DNA of 64,000 nucleotides from Bacteroidales bacterium (GTDB lineage: Bacteria > Bacteroidota > Bacteroidia > Bacteroidales > JAGOPY01). Shown here one piece after another: positions 18,201 to 27,303 of this stretch. The translations under genes were made by a program, and so were the position numbers. Positions within the stretch are counted from its first letter, which is position 1; each line of letters begins with the position of its first letter. Below the pieces are notes generated by a model. That model saw only the letters and a program-made list of their open reading frames with translations. It made no database searches and was not told where the DNA came from. The stretch spans positions 130,823-194,822 of the forward strand of contig JALNZD010000001.1 in the NCBI GenBank assembly GCA_023229505.1, read 5' to 3'.

Positions 18201-18270
18201 TGCAGGCACCTATATCATACGCCTGACGATGGGAGACCAGCGTTCATCTTCAAAATTTATCGTTCAATAA
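15265..18270 (+). CDS. BNR/Asp-box beta-propeller protein with a T9SS type-A C-terminal sorting domain
   Basis: Asp-box-like repeats SENGGENWSKI, SGDGGNNWQV and SDDKGMNWVV. The C-terminus reads FMIYPNPADDRVTVAF...GTYIIRL...KFIVQ. Confidence 0.7.
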   Translation: MNKRPLPLGYLISAIFVSSLLISAAFTGDDKSVTQKETAADYISKIKNNQVTGQISPADYLKAIQQVKMQEGIRTGNEYDFDWDLLGPNNIGGRTRAILFDNRDASGKIMYAGSVTGGIFRSENGGENWSKIVQDGNLNVTCITQAGNGDIFVSTGEGFNVQEYTVLKEWGYTGGLMGQGIFKSTDGLNFNLLPATKPILNGNSELEWGFINELAAHPANGALFAATNTGLKFSGDGGNNWQVAKNSEGAELSLNSKDVKMAANGMVVAEVNNLCYVSENGDPSNFILRSGDSTYNIPVTGVGRIEFSIAPADNDIIYALVVTSSGALKNIYRSDDKGMNWVVVGPGGSSNFNIFNTGSNISQGIGLFAATIEVFPDDPYHILIGGQDMWEGKKILDEGFYQWISRSSAVLFWLDEPFLWQGHHTYQFMPGSPNNFFAGTNGGISMGTVNPQLYVFQFMNKDYIASQFYTVSPTLEKKNVLGGAQDIGTIFINGAANPSDSKRGEDIWTTQSDVPDGKTGGYCAMSLIYPTAVIYSRRIQSVATPLPPPEFRRNEFGGGPDWAASMLPATTIYASTAFLSPFLLYENFEDFNTKDTVEYKITRHFAAGSVIWIESNNGKRPFKYITPVALTPGDSIGVPDIITARFFIGGDNRVLMTKQMIQFNVNPEWFVISDTAHDGVADKPQCMAYSSDANHLFVGTDKGKLYRISNIKYAYNYETADVNSAYCVISTKQIPVYLPGTTTEISQVITSVSVDPNNDSRVMITLGNYGNEHYVFYSNNALAENPVFISAQGDPGNGGLPQAPAYSSLFEMDPDNNLVFVGTENGIYVTNNIGSGNPTWVAENNNLGGVPVFMLKQQNVRKGNDTLAFVNIDTTYVIYYGVNNYGVIYGATYGRGLISLDNFQKPVGISEPGKIDNKNGFMIYPNPADDRVTVAFETVTTGNVEIRIYNLTGNLVISVDLGIRPEGRHDAIINIANLSAGTYIIRLTMGDQRSSSKFIVQ

Positions 18271-18318
18271 TCATCAATTATCAAGGATCTCATTTTCACC
18301 TAAATAAAAAGTAAAGAG

Positions 18319-20610
18319 ATGAAAAGAATATTTATAACCACATTGCTCATCAGCCTGATTGGATTACTTAATCTCACAGCTCAGGAACGAATTTACACCC
18401 CGGAACTCAAAATTCCGGTAAATGGTGCTGTTGATCAGATGCCCGATGTGGTACTTGACTGGGATGCAGTTACAGGAGGGAATACAGGCATTATTACATA
18501 CGATATCCAGCTTGATACCGACCCGGCTTTCGCCAACCCGGTGAATTTTCAGACTGAATTCCTTACTGGTTACAAAACATCAATGCTCCTTTTCGGTCAA
18601 ACTTATTACTGGCACGTGCGTGCCGTCGATGGGAATGATGTATCAGGCTGGTCAGAAACCTGGTCTTTCAGGGTCATCCGCAGAGTAATCCTGAACAAGC
18701 CCACTGATGCTTTGGAACAAAACACGGATCTGTTTCTCGTTTGGAATGCTATTACAGGGATTACAGAGTATGATTACCAGTTCGACACAACATACTTCTG
18801 GAAGCCGGTTAATTCGGGCCAGAGCGGAATCCTTTACGGAATAGCTGCGCTGGATGAGAACCATGTTTGGATTGTGGGCGCCGGTGGAGTTGTCCTTTTC
18901 TTTGACGGAACTTCCTGGGTGGAGCAGGAAAGCAATCTTTCCACAGACCTGTACTGCGTACATTTCCTGGATGCAAACAATGGCTGGGCTGTTGGAAAAA
19001 ACGGTAAAATCATTCATTACGATGGTACTGCCTGGGTCGCACAAGCCAATGATTCCATAAGGGACCTTAATGGAGTCCATATGTTGGATGCCAACAATGG
19101 CTGGGCAGTCGGTAAAGAGGGATACCTGTTTTATTATAATGGCAGCGAATGGTCATTGCAATATGACGCGCCCAAAGACCTGACTAAAGTATTCGCTTTT
19201 GATGCGACACATGTCTGGGCCGTCGGGAAAACCGGCTTAGCCGTTTTTTATAACGGCTCATCCTGGTCAGTGCAGGAAACTGGCACTACAAAGGATATTT
19301 TCAGCGTGGGCTTTACTTCTGCCGATCATGGATGGGCTGTTGGTAAAAGCGGGCTCCTTCTGGAATTCAATACCGGAACCTGGGAAAAGCTTGAACATAA
19401 CTTTACAACAAAAGACCTGAATGCAGTTTATTTCACCAGCCCGGATAATGCATGGGCCGTTGGTAAAACCGGTGCTGTTCTCCAATTTGACGGGATCGAA
19501 TGGTTCAGTCAATCAGGTGGGACGGCCACTACCCTGAACGCAGTTGGCCTGACTGGCTCAATTGGTTTCATTGCTGGTGAAGCCGGCGCCGTGATCAGCT
19601 ATAATGATGATGCTTTCAGCAGTCCGCTTGCAACTATACAACATGTACCCGGTGATATCATTACTGTTCAAATCAAAGATCTTTTATTCGGCACCCAGTA
19701 TTTCTGGAGAATGAGAACCAAACATGACCTTGCCATCTCTGAATGGTCAGGGGCACGTTCATTTACCACCATTGCAACGGTGGAACTCGATAAACCCAAT
19801 GATAATTCAACGGATCTGAACCTTGATGTGCTGCTGAAATGGAAAAAAATTTCAACCCTGGTAAGTTATGAGGTCCATGTTGATGATGACCCTGCCTATG
19901 GGTCCCCGATATTTCTTGCTACTACTGAAATCCAGATCAGCGCAGAATTGTTGAAGTTTGGGACACTTTATTACTGGAGGGCCAGGGCTCTTCATGCTTT
20001 TGACATTTCCGACTGGTCAGCTTCTTGGACGTTTACCACTGTTAATACTGTTGTGCTGGAAACACCAGCTAATGGGGCTACTGATGTCAAACTTTCCCCT
20101 CCTTTGAATTGGAAAGCATTAACAGGCATTGCAGGCTATGAGGTCCAATTTAATGATAATAACACATTTGTTGACCCCATGGTCAGTGCGATCGTACCTG
20201 TGGCTGAAAATAGCTTCATCGTGCCGATTGTCCTTGAGAAAGATGCCGAATATTTCTGGCGTGTAAGGGCCATCAATGGTTTGGATACTTCAGGATGGAG
20301 CAGTACCTGGTCATTCACCACTTTGCCGCCGGTGGGTATAGGTGAACCCGGCCTTGGTGGAAAACTGGCTGTTTATCCTAATCCGGCTATAAATACAATC
20401 TACATCCAGCTTCTGGATAAGCAAAGAATTTCTTTCCAGCTCACTATCACTGATCTGGTGGGAAAAACGGTACTAAAACAGGATATTCGCTTCGATTCAG
20501 GAAATAAAACCGTTCCGGTTGATGTTTCTTTCCTCCGGGATGGCATTTATTTGTTTAGAATGTCTGACCAGGAAAGCGTCTTTACCAAAAAACTGGTCAT
20601 AAAAAGATAA
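18319..20610 (+). CDS. Secreted protein with FN3-like modules and a 7-blade Ycf48/BNR-like propeller; T9SS type-A CTD
   Basis: Seven blades of the type xxxGWAVGKxGxxxxYDGxxW. There are four modules ending Y(Y/F)W(H/R)xRAxxxxDxSxWSxxWSFTT. CTD: LAVYPNPAINTIYIQL...GIYLFRM. Confidence 0.65.
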   Translation: MKRIFITTLLISLIGLLNLTAQERIYTPELKIPVNGAVDQMPDVVLDWDAVTGGNTGIITYDIQLDTDPAFANPVNFQTEFLTGYKTSMLLFGQTYYWHVRAVDGNDVSGWSETWSFRVIRRVILNKPTDALEQNTDLFLVWNAITGITEYDYQFDTTYFWKPVNSGQSGILYGIAALDENHVWIVGAGGVVLFFDGTSWVEQESNLSTDLYCVHFLDANNGWAVGKNGKIIHYDGTAWVAQANDSIRDLNGVHMLDANNGWAVGKEGYLFYYNGSEWSLQYDAPKDLTKVFAFDATHVWAVGKTGLAVFYNGSSWSVQETGTTKDIFSVGFTSADHGWAVGKSGLLLEFNTGTWEKLEHNFTTKDLNAVYFTSPDNAWAVGKTGAVLQFDGIEWFSQSGGTATTLNAVGLTGSIGFIAGEAGAVISYNDDAFSSPLATIQHVPGDIITVQIKDLLFGTQYFWRMRTKHDLAISEWSGARSFTTIATVELDKPNDNSTDLNLDVLLKWKKISTLVSYEVHVDDDPAYGSPIFLATTEIQISAELLKFGTLYYWRARALHAFDISDWSASWTFTTVNTVVLETPANGATDVKLSPPLNWKALTGIAGYEVQFNDNNTFVDPMVSAIVPVAENSFIVPIVLEKDAEYFWRVRAINGLDTSGWSSTWSFTTLPPVGIGEPGLGGKLAVYPNPAINTIYIQLLDKQRISFQLTITDLVGKTVLKQDIRFDSGNKTVPVDVSFLRDGIYLFRMSDQESVFTKKLVIKR

Positions 20611-20630
20611 AATTTCTTCAATTAACTCTG

Positions 20631-20668
20631 ACAGGCTGTCCGGAAATGCTCAGGCAGCCTGTTTTTTT
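20631..20668 (+). terminator. Rho-independent terminator after the 18319-20610 gene
   Basis: Stem ACAGGCTG (20631-20638) pairs with CAGCCTGT (20654-20661), followed by T7 (20662-20668). Confidence 0.6.
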
Positions 20669-20772
20669 ATTAACACTGTCAGGTGCTACGCACGCTGACA
20701 GGTTAAATGCCGACCTGACAGCGTCGTTAGACCTGTCAGTGTCAATAGCTCAGGCAGCCTGTTTTCTTTTGA

Positions 20773-21540
20773 TTAATTATATCTTTTCCCGAAAGAAAAA
20801 TTAAGATAAAAGGTAACCAGGAAATTCTGAGCCGGGTTAAAAGCCATAATAGGTATGGCAATCGGGAAGTACTCCACCACCCCGCCAGCTTCAAGGGCGC
20901 GGATCTTGCTGTTCAATGCGCCAAACTCAAAATTCAGGCCGGCTTTGGCATAAACGCCAGGGTAAACCTTCAATTCACCGAGCCCATCCGTGAAAGGTGC
21001 ACGTCCATATATGTATTCGCTGTTATGATAGTAATTGTCGGGATTATATTTCTCTTCTTTTACATAAGTGTAAGTTTCATCCCAGAAATAAAGGTAGACA
21101 GGCTTGGCAAAAGCCACAGACAGTCCGCCCATGTATAAAACCCTTAATTCAACGCCTCCCCAGTAAGGCTTGCGGTTTAATAGTTTCTTAAATCCATAGC
21201 CGGCCCGGAGAATATAAACATGATTGAGCTTGCCATAAACATAACTCTTCGCGTCATAATAATACGGATTGATTACACGGATCTGCTTGGGATGTTTCAT
21301 GCTGACAAATTCGATCTCAAAAATACGGGAATTGAAAAAGGTCTTGTTGATCCCTTTCCGGAAATTCGCACCCATTCCTAAAATATGAATTGTCACACCA
21401 CCTGTTAATTCCTTTTTAAGTAGTACCCTGTCGGCAATACTATCATATCCTTCCAGCTCTTCATCCTGGGAAAAAACATTATTTATCATGACCAGCATGA
21501 ATAGCATGCAAAAAGATAATATGACCGGGGAATTTTTCAT
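20773..21540 (-). CDS. Hypothetical secreted or outer-membrane protein
   Basis: Signal peptide MKNSPVILSFCMLFMLVMINNVFSQ, an aromatic- and Gly-rich beta-like sequence, and C-terminus FSFGKRYN. Confidence 0.6.
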   Translation of the reverse strand: MKNSPVILSFCMLFMLVMINNVFSQDEELEGYDSIADRVLLKKELTGGVTIHILGMGANFRKGINKTFFNSRIFEIEFVSMKHPKQIRVINPYYYDAKSYVYGKLNHVYILRAGYGFKKLLNRKPYWGGVELRVLYMGGLSVAFAKPVYLYFWDETYTYVKEEKYNPDNYYHNSEYIYGRAPFTDGLGELKVYPGVYAKAGLNFEFGALNSKIRALEAGGVVEYFPIAIPIMAFNPAQNFLVTFYLNFSFGKRYN

Positions 21541-21628
21541 AAAAATTGAAACTACAGAAATCCGCGTATCTCTTTGTAAACTTTACAACGATTATGCCAG
21601 AATCTCCGTCTGTCGGCAGAACAAGTGA

Positions 21629-21757
21629 TTAATATCTTTGTTCTATCTGATATTTATGGACTTCACCATAGGCAGGGCAATCCATTGATGACGAGCACGA
21701 AGTCATGGCCAGGGCGTATAGTCCTAACGCAATGATAGTAATCAACAGTTTTTTCAT
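21629..21757 (-). CDS. Putative 42-aa lipoprotein (not in the ORF track)
   Basis: My own translation reads MKKLLITIIALGLYALAMTSCSSSMDCPAYGEVHKYQIEQRY. A -7 box lies 46 nt upstream. Confidence 0.35.
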   Translation of the reverse strand: MKKLLITIIALGLYALAMTSCSSSMDCPAYGEVHKYQIEQRY

Positions 21758-21802
21758 AGGTTCAAGGGTGAAATGATGTGGTTTAACAAACCTTTATCGT
21801 CA

Positions 21803-21810
21803 CAAAGATA
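21803..21810 (-). promoter_or_regulatory. -7 box (TATCTTTG on the minus strand)
   Basis: Plus-strand CAAAGATA, upstream of the small ORF and the 20773-21540 gene. Confidence 0.4.
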
Positions 21811-21914
21811 AATTTATTTACTTTTAAAAACATTAAAGATTCAAATATATTGTAAGAAAATAAAACTTTTACCAGAGAAAATTTCCGGGCATTAATAACA
21901 AAGAAACCGGCAAT

Positions 21915-22595
21915 ATGCAATCAATCAACCCGCAAATAGAAGAAAGCTGGAAGCATGTCCTCCAGGAAGAATTCGATGCACCTTACTTCCAGGGATTAAC
22001 GGAATTTCTCCGGGAAGAGAAAAAAAAGCACATCATTTATCCTCCCGGTCCACTGATTTTCTCCGCTTTTAACCATACTCCATTCAACCGGGTAAAGGTG
22101 GTAATTCTTGGACAGGATCCGTATCATGGCCCCGGGCAGGCACATGGCCTGTGTTTCTCCGTTCCCGATGGGGTGCCTCATCCCCCTTCGCTGGTAAATA
22201 TATTCAAGGAGATCGAATCCGACCTCGGTATTCCGGTCCCGAAAAGCAGTAACCTCACGAAATGGGCCAGCCAGGGAGTATTGCTTGTCAATGCGATCCT
22301 GACTGTCAGGGCCAACGAGCCCACCTCCCACCAGAATAAAGGCTGGGAAACATTTACCAATGCAGTCATCAGGAATCTGAGCGAAAAAAGGAAAAACCTG
22401 GTCTTTCTGTTATGGGGAAACTATGCCCAGGCAAAAGAAAGCCTGATCGACAGCGGCAGGCATTATATCCTGAAAGCAGCCCACCCCTCTCCTCTATCTG
22501 CAAACAGGGGATTTTTCGGTTGCAGGCATTTTTCCCGTACCAACCAGATCCTTTCGGAACAGGGAGTGAATGAGATTGATTGGAGCCTGGAGTGA
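21915..22595 (+). CDS. ung: Uracil-DNA glycosylase (family 1)
   Basis: [18 protein letters not shown] and HPSPLSA motifs. 226 aa. Confidence 0.92.
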   Translation: MQSINPQIEESWKHVLQEEFDAPYFQGLTEFLREEKKKHIIYPPGPLIFSAFNHTPFNRVKVVILGQDPYHGPGQAHGLCFSVPDGVPHPPSLVNIFKEIESDLGIPVPKSSNLTKWASQGVLLVNAILTVRANEPTSHQNKGWETFTNAVIRNLSEKRKNLVFLLWGNYAQAKESLIDSGRHYILKAAHPSPLSANRGFFGCRHFSRTNQILSEQGVNEIDWSLE

Positions 22596-22617
22596 TTATT
22601 AATCAGAATTAACTACC

Positions 22618-23226
22618 ATGAAAGAGCTCGTTTTCGCTACAAATAATCCTCATAAACTTAAGGAAATCAGGGAAATCATTGGCAATAAATTCCAGATTCT
22701 CAACCTTGTCGATATAGGATGCAATGAGGAGATCCCGGAAGATGCCGCGACACTTGAGGGGAATGCATCCCTCAAGTCATGGTATGTCTGGAATAAATAC
22801 GGGAAGGATTGCTTTGCAGATGACACCGGGCTGGAGATAGAAACACTGGAAGGAAAGCCGGGCGTTAAATCGGCCAGGTATGCCGGAGAAGATTGTATCC
22901 CGGCGAACAATATACTCAAGGTTCTGGATGAACTGGAAGGTAAGATTGATCGTAAGGCGAGGTTCCGGACTGTGATATCATTAATAATCAATGGCATAGA
23001 AGTGCAGTTCGAGGGAACCGTGGAAGGCACTATTCTTCATGAAAAGCGGGGAAAAGAAGGGTTTGGTTACGATCCCGTTTTTTTACCTGATGGATTTAAC
23101 CTGAGCTTTGCAGAAATGTCCCCGGAAGAAAAAAACAATATCAGCCATCGTGCGCGGGCTACCCAGAAGCTTATCGATCATTTAAAGCGTTCATCACAGC
23201 TTCCGAAAACAAATCCTGCAGGCTGA
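22618..23226 (+). CDS. rdgB: dITP/XTP pyrophosphatase (RdgB/HAM1 family)
   Basis: FATNNPHKLKEI, DDTGLEI, FGYDPVF and ISHRA motifs. Confidence 0.9.
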   Translation: MKELVFATNNPHKLKEIREIIGNKFQILNLVDIGCNEEIPEDAATLEGNASLKSWYVWNKYGKDCFADDTGLEIETLEGKPGVKSARYAGEDCIPANNILKVLDELEGKIDRKARFRTVISLIINGIEVQFEGTVEGTILHEKRGKEGFGYDPVFLPDGFNLSFAEMSPEEKNNISHRARATQKLIDHLKRSSQLPKTNPAG

Positions 23227-24151
23227 TCCCTGCCCTGAGCGCCTGCTGCGGCACAATGCTCAGTTCCGATAAACCGGGAACAGTATTTACTTCCAGAAAG
23301 TATAATTCCTTATCATTCAAAATAAAATCGAACCTGACAATTCCTTTGCAATTCAGCAATTTGTATAACTTTAACGATGTATCGCTGATCATCCGGGCTA
23401 TTTCACCCGGCACATCTGCAGGGGTGACCTCATCAGACATTCCCTCGTACTTCGCCTCATAATCAAAGAATTCCTTTTTGCTGAGAATCTCGGTTATAGG
23501 CAAAGTCCTGATCGCCCCCTTATATTTGATCGTGCCGCAGGATAATTCACGGCCGGGGATGTGCTCTTCCAGCAAGACCCGGCTATCCTCATGGAATGCC
23601 AGCGTTAATGCGGGAATTAATTCCTCCCGCTTTTTCACCTTGGATGTCCCCACGCTGGAACCTCCGCAGTTCGGTTTAACAAAAAAGGGAAGGCTGATCC
23701 GCTTTAGGATTTCATCTTCACTGATCTTTTCATTTTTATTCAGAACTATAGACCTGGATATTTTCACACCGAAACTGCTCACATAGTGATTGCAGAAAAA
23801 TTTATCGAAAGTCAGGGCTGAAGTGGCCTGATCGCAGGAAGTATAAGGGATACCAAGCAGGTCAAAATACCCCTGGATCTTGCCATCTTCCCCGGGCGTT
23901 CCGTGAATGGCCACGAAAACTGCGTCAAATGAAAGCGCTCTCCCGGGCAGGCTAACAGAAAAATCCTCTTTATTTACAGGGAAAACAGTTCCGTCATTGT
24001 CGTGGCAAAACCAGTTCCTTCCTCTGATAACTATAATGAAACACTCGAATTTCGCGCTGTCGAGGTGTTTTTTCACAACACCGGCACTCTTGATCGAAAT
24101 TTCATATTCACCGGAGTCGCCTCCGGCTATGATTGCAATTTTCTGCTTCAT
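23171..24151 (-). CDS. ddl: D-alanine--D-alanine ligase
   Basis: MKQKIAIIAGGDSGEYEISIKSA, HGTPGEDGKIQG, and the ATP-grasp C-terminus LEVNTVPG. Confidence 0.92.
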   Translation of the reverse strand: MKQKIAIIAGGDSGEYEISIKSAGVVKKHLDSAKFECFIIVIRGRNWFCHDNDGTVFPVNKEDFSVSLPGRALSFDAVFVAIHGTPGEDGKIQGYFDLLGIPYTSCDQATSALTFDKFFCNHYVSSFGVKISRSIVLNKNEKISEDEILKRISLPFFVKPNCGGSSVGTSKVKKREELIPALTLAFHEDSRVLLEEHIPGRELSCGTIKYKGAIRTLPITEILSKKEFFDYEAKYEGMSDEVTPADVPGEIARMISDTSLKLYKLLNCKGIVRFDFILNDKELYFLEVNTVPGLSELSIVPQQALRAGISLQDLFSEAVMNALNDR

Positions 24152-24195
24152 CTTTCAGGTGGTTTATCAGTCAGGAGATCACACAATAAAATTCA

Positions 24196-24203
24196 TATCT
24201 TTG
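24196..24203 (+). promoter_or_regulatory. -7 box TATCTTTG
   Basis: 85 nt upstream of the ATG at 24288. Confidence 0.4.
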
Positions 24204-24287
24204 TCGCTTTAAACGCAATAACAGGTAAGTTTTACGTTATAATAAGTCTAACCAGGTCCATACCTGTCCGGGATAAAATTAGTAAAA

Positions 24288-25145
24288 ATGAGCTTCCTCG
24301 GTTTTCTCTTTAAAAAGAATTTTTATATCCACCTGGGGATATCAGTTATTCTTACGTTCATTCTGTTACTGATTGTGATCGGTTTGCTCAAAACCTATAC
24401 ACGGCATGGTGAGGCTTATGTTGTGCCAGACCTGGAAGGATTAACGCTTGACCAACTGCATGAAAATGAAGCGACCCGGGCTTTTCATTTCCTTGTAACT
24501 GATTCTGTATACGACAACAGCCTTATCCCCGGTTCAGTAATTAAGCAGAATCCCTCTGCCGGGTCGAAAGCAAAAGAAGGAAGAACCGTTTATATGACTG
24601 TGGTTTCCTATACGCCTAAAATGAGCATCATGCCGGAGTTGAAAGATTTAACTGTCAGGCAGGCAGTCACGACATTAAGGACTAGCGGTTTAAAAATCAG
24701 GAGATTATTGTTCACACCTTATTTTGCCGGGAATTCGGTACTTGGACAATATTTCAATGGTGACACCCTCATTGCAGGCACCGAAATCCTTGAAGGAAGT
24801 GAAATTGATCTGCTGGTAGGGCTGAGTGAAAACCAAAGATCAAGGGTTCCGTTTGTTGTAGGGCTTACCCGCGATGAAGCCAGCGGGTCCCTTCAAATGG
24901 CTTCTTTTAATGCCGGGAGGATGCATTACTTTGACCAGGCAAATCCTATTCACAGCAGGGTTTACCGGCAATATCCCCCGTGGAATATCGAAATGCTTCC
25001 AGGTGACTCCATCACCTTGTATCTCCGGTCTGATTTAACATTCAACTTTGATTCCCTCTTAAGATCAAATAATCCTGATACAGCTGTCATAGTGGACCAG
25101 CCGATAGATCTTGATGAGAATTCAGATGAACTTGAAGAAGAATAA
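24288..25145 (+). CDS. PASTA-domain membrane protein
   Basis: N-terminal TM helix, then three ~65-aa PASTA-like repeats (VPDLEGLTLDQ..., MPELKDLTVRQA..., VPFVVGLTRDEA...). Confidence 0.8.
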   Translation: MSFLGFLFKKNFYIHLGISVILTFILLLIVIGLLKTYTRHGEAYVVPDLEGLTLDQLHENEATRAFHFLVTDSVYDNSLIPGSVIKQNPSAGSKAKEGRTVYMTVVSYTPKMSIMPELKDLTVRQAVTTLRTSGLKIRRLLFTPYFAGNSVLGQYFNGDTLIAGTEILEGSEIDLLVGLSENQRSRVPFVVGLTRDEASGSLQMASFNAGRMHYFDQANPIHSRVYRQYPPWNIEMLPGDSITLYLRSDLTFNFDSLLRSNNPDTAVIVDQPIDLDENSDELEEE

Positions 25146-27298
25146 TGAAGAAAATCATTCTTTTTATCATCATTATAGCCGGTATCCGGCTGAATCCCAT
25201 TGCCCAGGAAGTGGTCTCGGGTCTATTTGAAAATCCGGTCATCCGGGCAGAATATGAAAGGCTGCAATCAGGGCCCGGCATCAGAAACAACAGTGAAGAA
25301 GAGGCATCCGTCCATCTTCCGTTTTTCGATGATTTCTCCCAAACATGGATTTACCCTGACAATTCCCGCTGGATGGATGAAGAAGTTTATGTCAACTCCA
25401 ACTTCGGATACCGGTCAGTCAATGTGGGTGTGGCTACCCTCGATGCCATCAGCGGCAAAGGTAAATTACATGCCAATGCCAGCCAGTTCCCGTTCCAGGC
25501 AGATTCCCTCACCTCAAGGCCGATCAGGCTGGATTCCATCTTCAATCCTGTACCCCGGAATACCACCCTGGCCGATTCAATTTATCTCAGCTTCTTCTAT
25601 CAGCCGCAAGGCAGGGCAAACCCGCCGGAAGGCCCTGACTCGCTGATCCTGCAATTTGGCTATTTTACCGGTGACTCTGTTTTCACAAATACGTATGATT
25701 CTATCTGGGTGCCACTGAGTGATTATATCCATCTGGGTGATACTATTTTCCCTGGTGACACTGTTTACAGCCCGTTCGGGCTTTGCGGAAACGGGCTTTT
25801 CGTTATCGCCGGTGATTATTATTTTTATGAAGATATGATCCAGCTGCCTTGCGATTCGATCTTCAGCCCTGAATTTAAATGGAAACGGGTCTGGAGTTCC
25901 AGCGGAATGACTCTGGCAGAATTTTACCAGGAATATGGCACTTACAGCAGGCAGGTCATGATCCCTATTCTTGACAGCGTCAAATATTTCAGGAAAGATT
26001 TCCAGTTCAGGTTTATCAATATTGCAAGCCTGGCCAGCGATTTCAATGCGAGCTGGAGGAGCAACTGCGACCAGTGGAATGTCGACTACGTCTACCTCAA
26101 TATGGGAAGATCCTACAAAGACACGGTTTACCGTGATGTGACCTTTGCGGAACGCGCCCCTTCCTTATTGAAGAATTATGAGTCGATGCCTTTCAGCCAA
26201 TATGTCAACAACCCCACCAATGAAATGAAAGAGAACCTGGATCTGCTGATCACCAATCTCGATTCGACCATCTTCAATTCTACTTATTATTATGTGGTTT
26301 ACCAGGTTGACGGCCCTTTCCAGTATCTATACCCGGGCGGGAACTGCAATCTCTTCCCTTTCAACCTAAACGGTTATCAGAATTGCATTTCCTGTGCAGC
26401 ACACGCCTGCCCACCGGTGAACTTTATATTCCCCACGTTATCCTCCACAGACAGCGCTGAATTCGAAGTTAGGCATTATATTATCGGTGATATTACCCCA
26501 ACCGATACGGTGGGTGATACACTGACCTTCAGGCAAAAATTCTTTAATTATTATGCTTATGATGACGGCACTCCCGAAGAGGGTTACGGGTTGACACCGG
26601 CAGGATCCAAATTAGCTTACCGTTTTAAGCTGAACATGAAAGACACACTCAGGGCGGTTCAGATGTTTTTTAACCATACACTGAATGATGCCAACGCAGA
26701 TTTTTTTAACATAATGGTCTGGCAGGACGAAAACGGGAAACCGGGAAATGTGCTTTATTCCCAGCTTAACGAGAAAGTGGAATTTTCCTCCGGCCTGCTT
26801 GGCTTTCATACCTATATGCTTGATGAGCCGCTGCCTGTGAACGGAACATTCTATATTGGCTGGGAACAACAGACCGGGAATAACCTGAACCTTGGCTTTG
26901 ACCGTTATAATAACGCGCAACAGAACATCTTCTACAACTCCACAGGTCAGTGGTTCCAGTCGACTTACCAGGGAGCGCTGTTAATGCGTCCGGTTTTGGG
27001 TAAGGCATTCCAGGTTTCAGGGTTAGATGAACCCACTTATGATGCAGGGTCTATAATCCCCTACCCCAATCCTTTAAACGGCAGCCGGATCAATTTCAGA
27101 TGCACGGGGAAATATGAAAATACTACCGAAACCGGCAATTTCAGTGTCTCAATCCACAGCCTTCCGGGTGAAGAATTATTCTCCGGATCCTTTCGTCAAT
27201 CAATCGATATCCCCCGGTTCAGTCCGGGTCTCTATATCATCTCTGTAAGGGACGAGAATGGACAGATCATTTCTGTTTCCAAGCTGATAAAAAATTAA
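25145..27298 (+). CDS. Hypothetical T9SS type-A cargo protein (717 aa)
   Basis: Signal peptide. CTD: IIPYPNPLNGSRINF...PGLYIISV...SKLIKN. I recognise no catalytic motif. Confidence 0.65.
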   Translation: MKKIILFIIIIAGIRLNPIAQEVVSGLFENPVIRAEYERLQSGPGIRNNSEEEASVHLPFFDDFSQTWIYPDNSRWMDEEVYVNSNFGYRSVNVGVATLDAISGKGKLHANASQFPFQADSLTSRPIRLDSIFNPVPRNTTLADSIYLSFFYQPQGRANPPEGPDSLILQFGYFTGDSVFTNTYDSIWVPLSDYIHLGDTIFPGDTVYSPFGLCGNGLFVIAGDYYFYEDMIQLPCDSIFSPEFKWKRVWSSSGMTLAEFYQEYGTYSRQVMIPILDSVKYFRKDFQFRFINIASLASDFNASWRSNCDQWNVDYVYLNMGRSYKDTVYRDVTFAERAPSLLKNYESMPFSQYVNNPTNEMKENLDLLITNLDSTIFNSTYYYVVYQVDGPFQYLYPGGNCNLFPFNLNGYQNCISCAAHACPPVNFIFPTLSSTDSAEFEVRHYIIGDITPTDTVGDTLTFRQKFFNYYAYDDGTPEEGYGLTPAGSKLAYRFKLNMKDTLRAVQMFFNHTLNDANADFFNIMVWQDENGKPGNVLYSQLNEKVEFSSGLLGFHTYMLDEPLPVNGTFYIGWEQQTGNNLNLGFDRYNNAQQNIFYNSTGQWFQSTYQGALLMRPVLGKAFQVSGLDEPTYDAGSIIPYPNPLNGSRINFRCTGKYENTTETGNFSVSIHSLPGEELFSGSFRQSIDIPRFSPGLYIISVRDENGQIISVSKLIKN

Positions 27299-27303
27299 TC
27301 CAG

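Noticed and set aside
21633-21640. Plus-strand TATCTTTG as a promoter for ung.
   Set aside because: It lies 275 nt upstream of the ung ATG and inside the small minus-strand ORF, so the distance is implausible.
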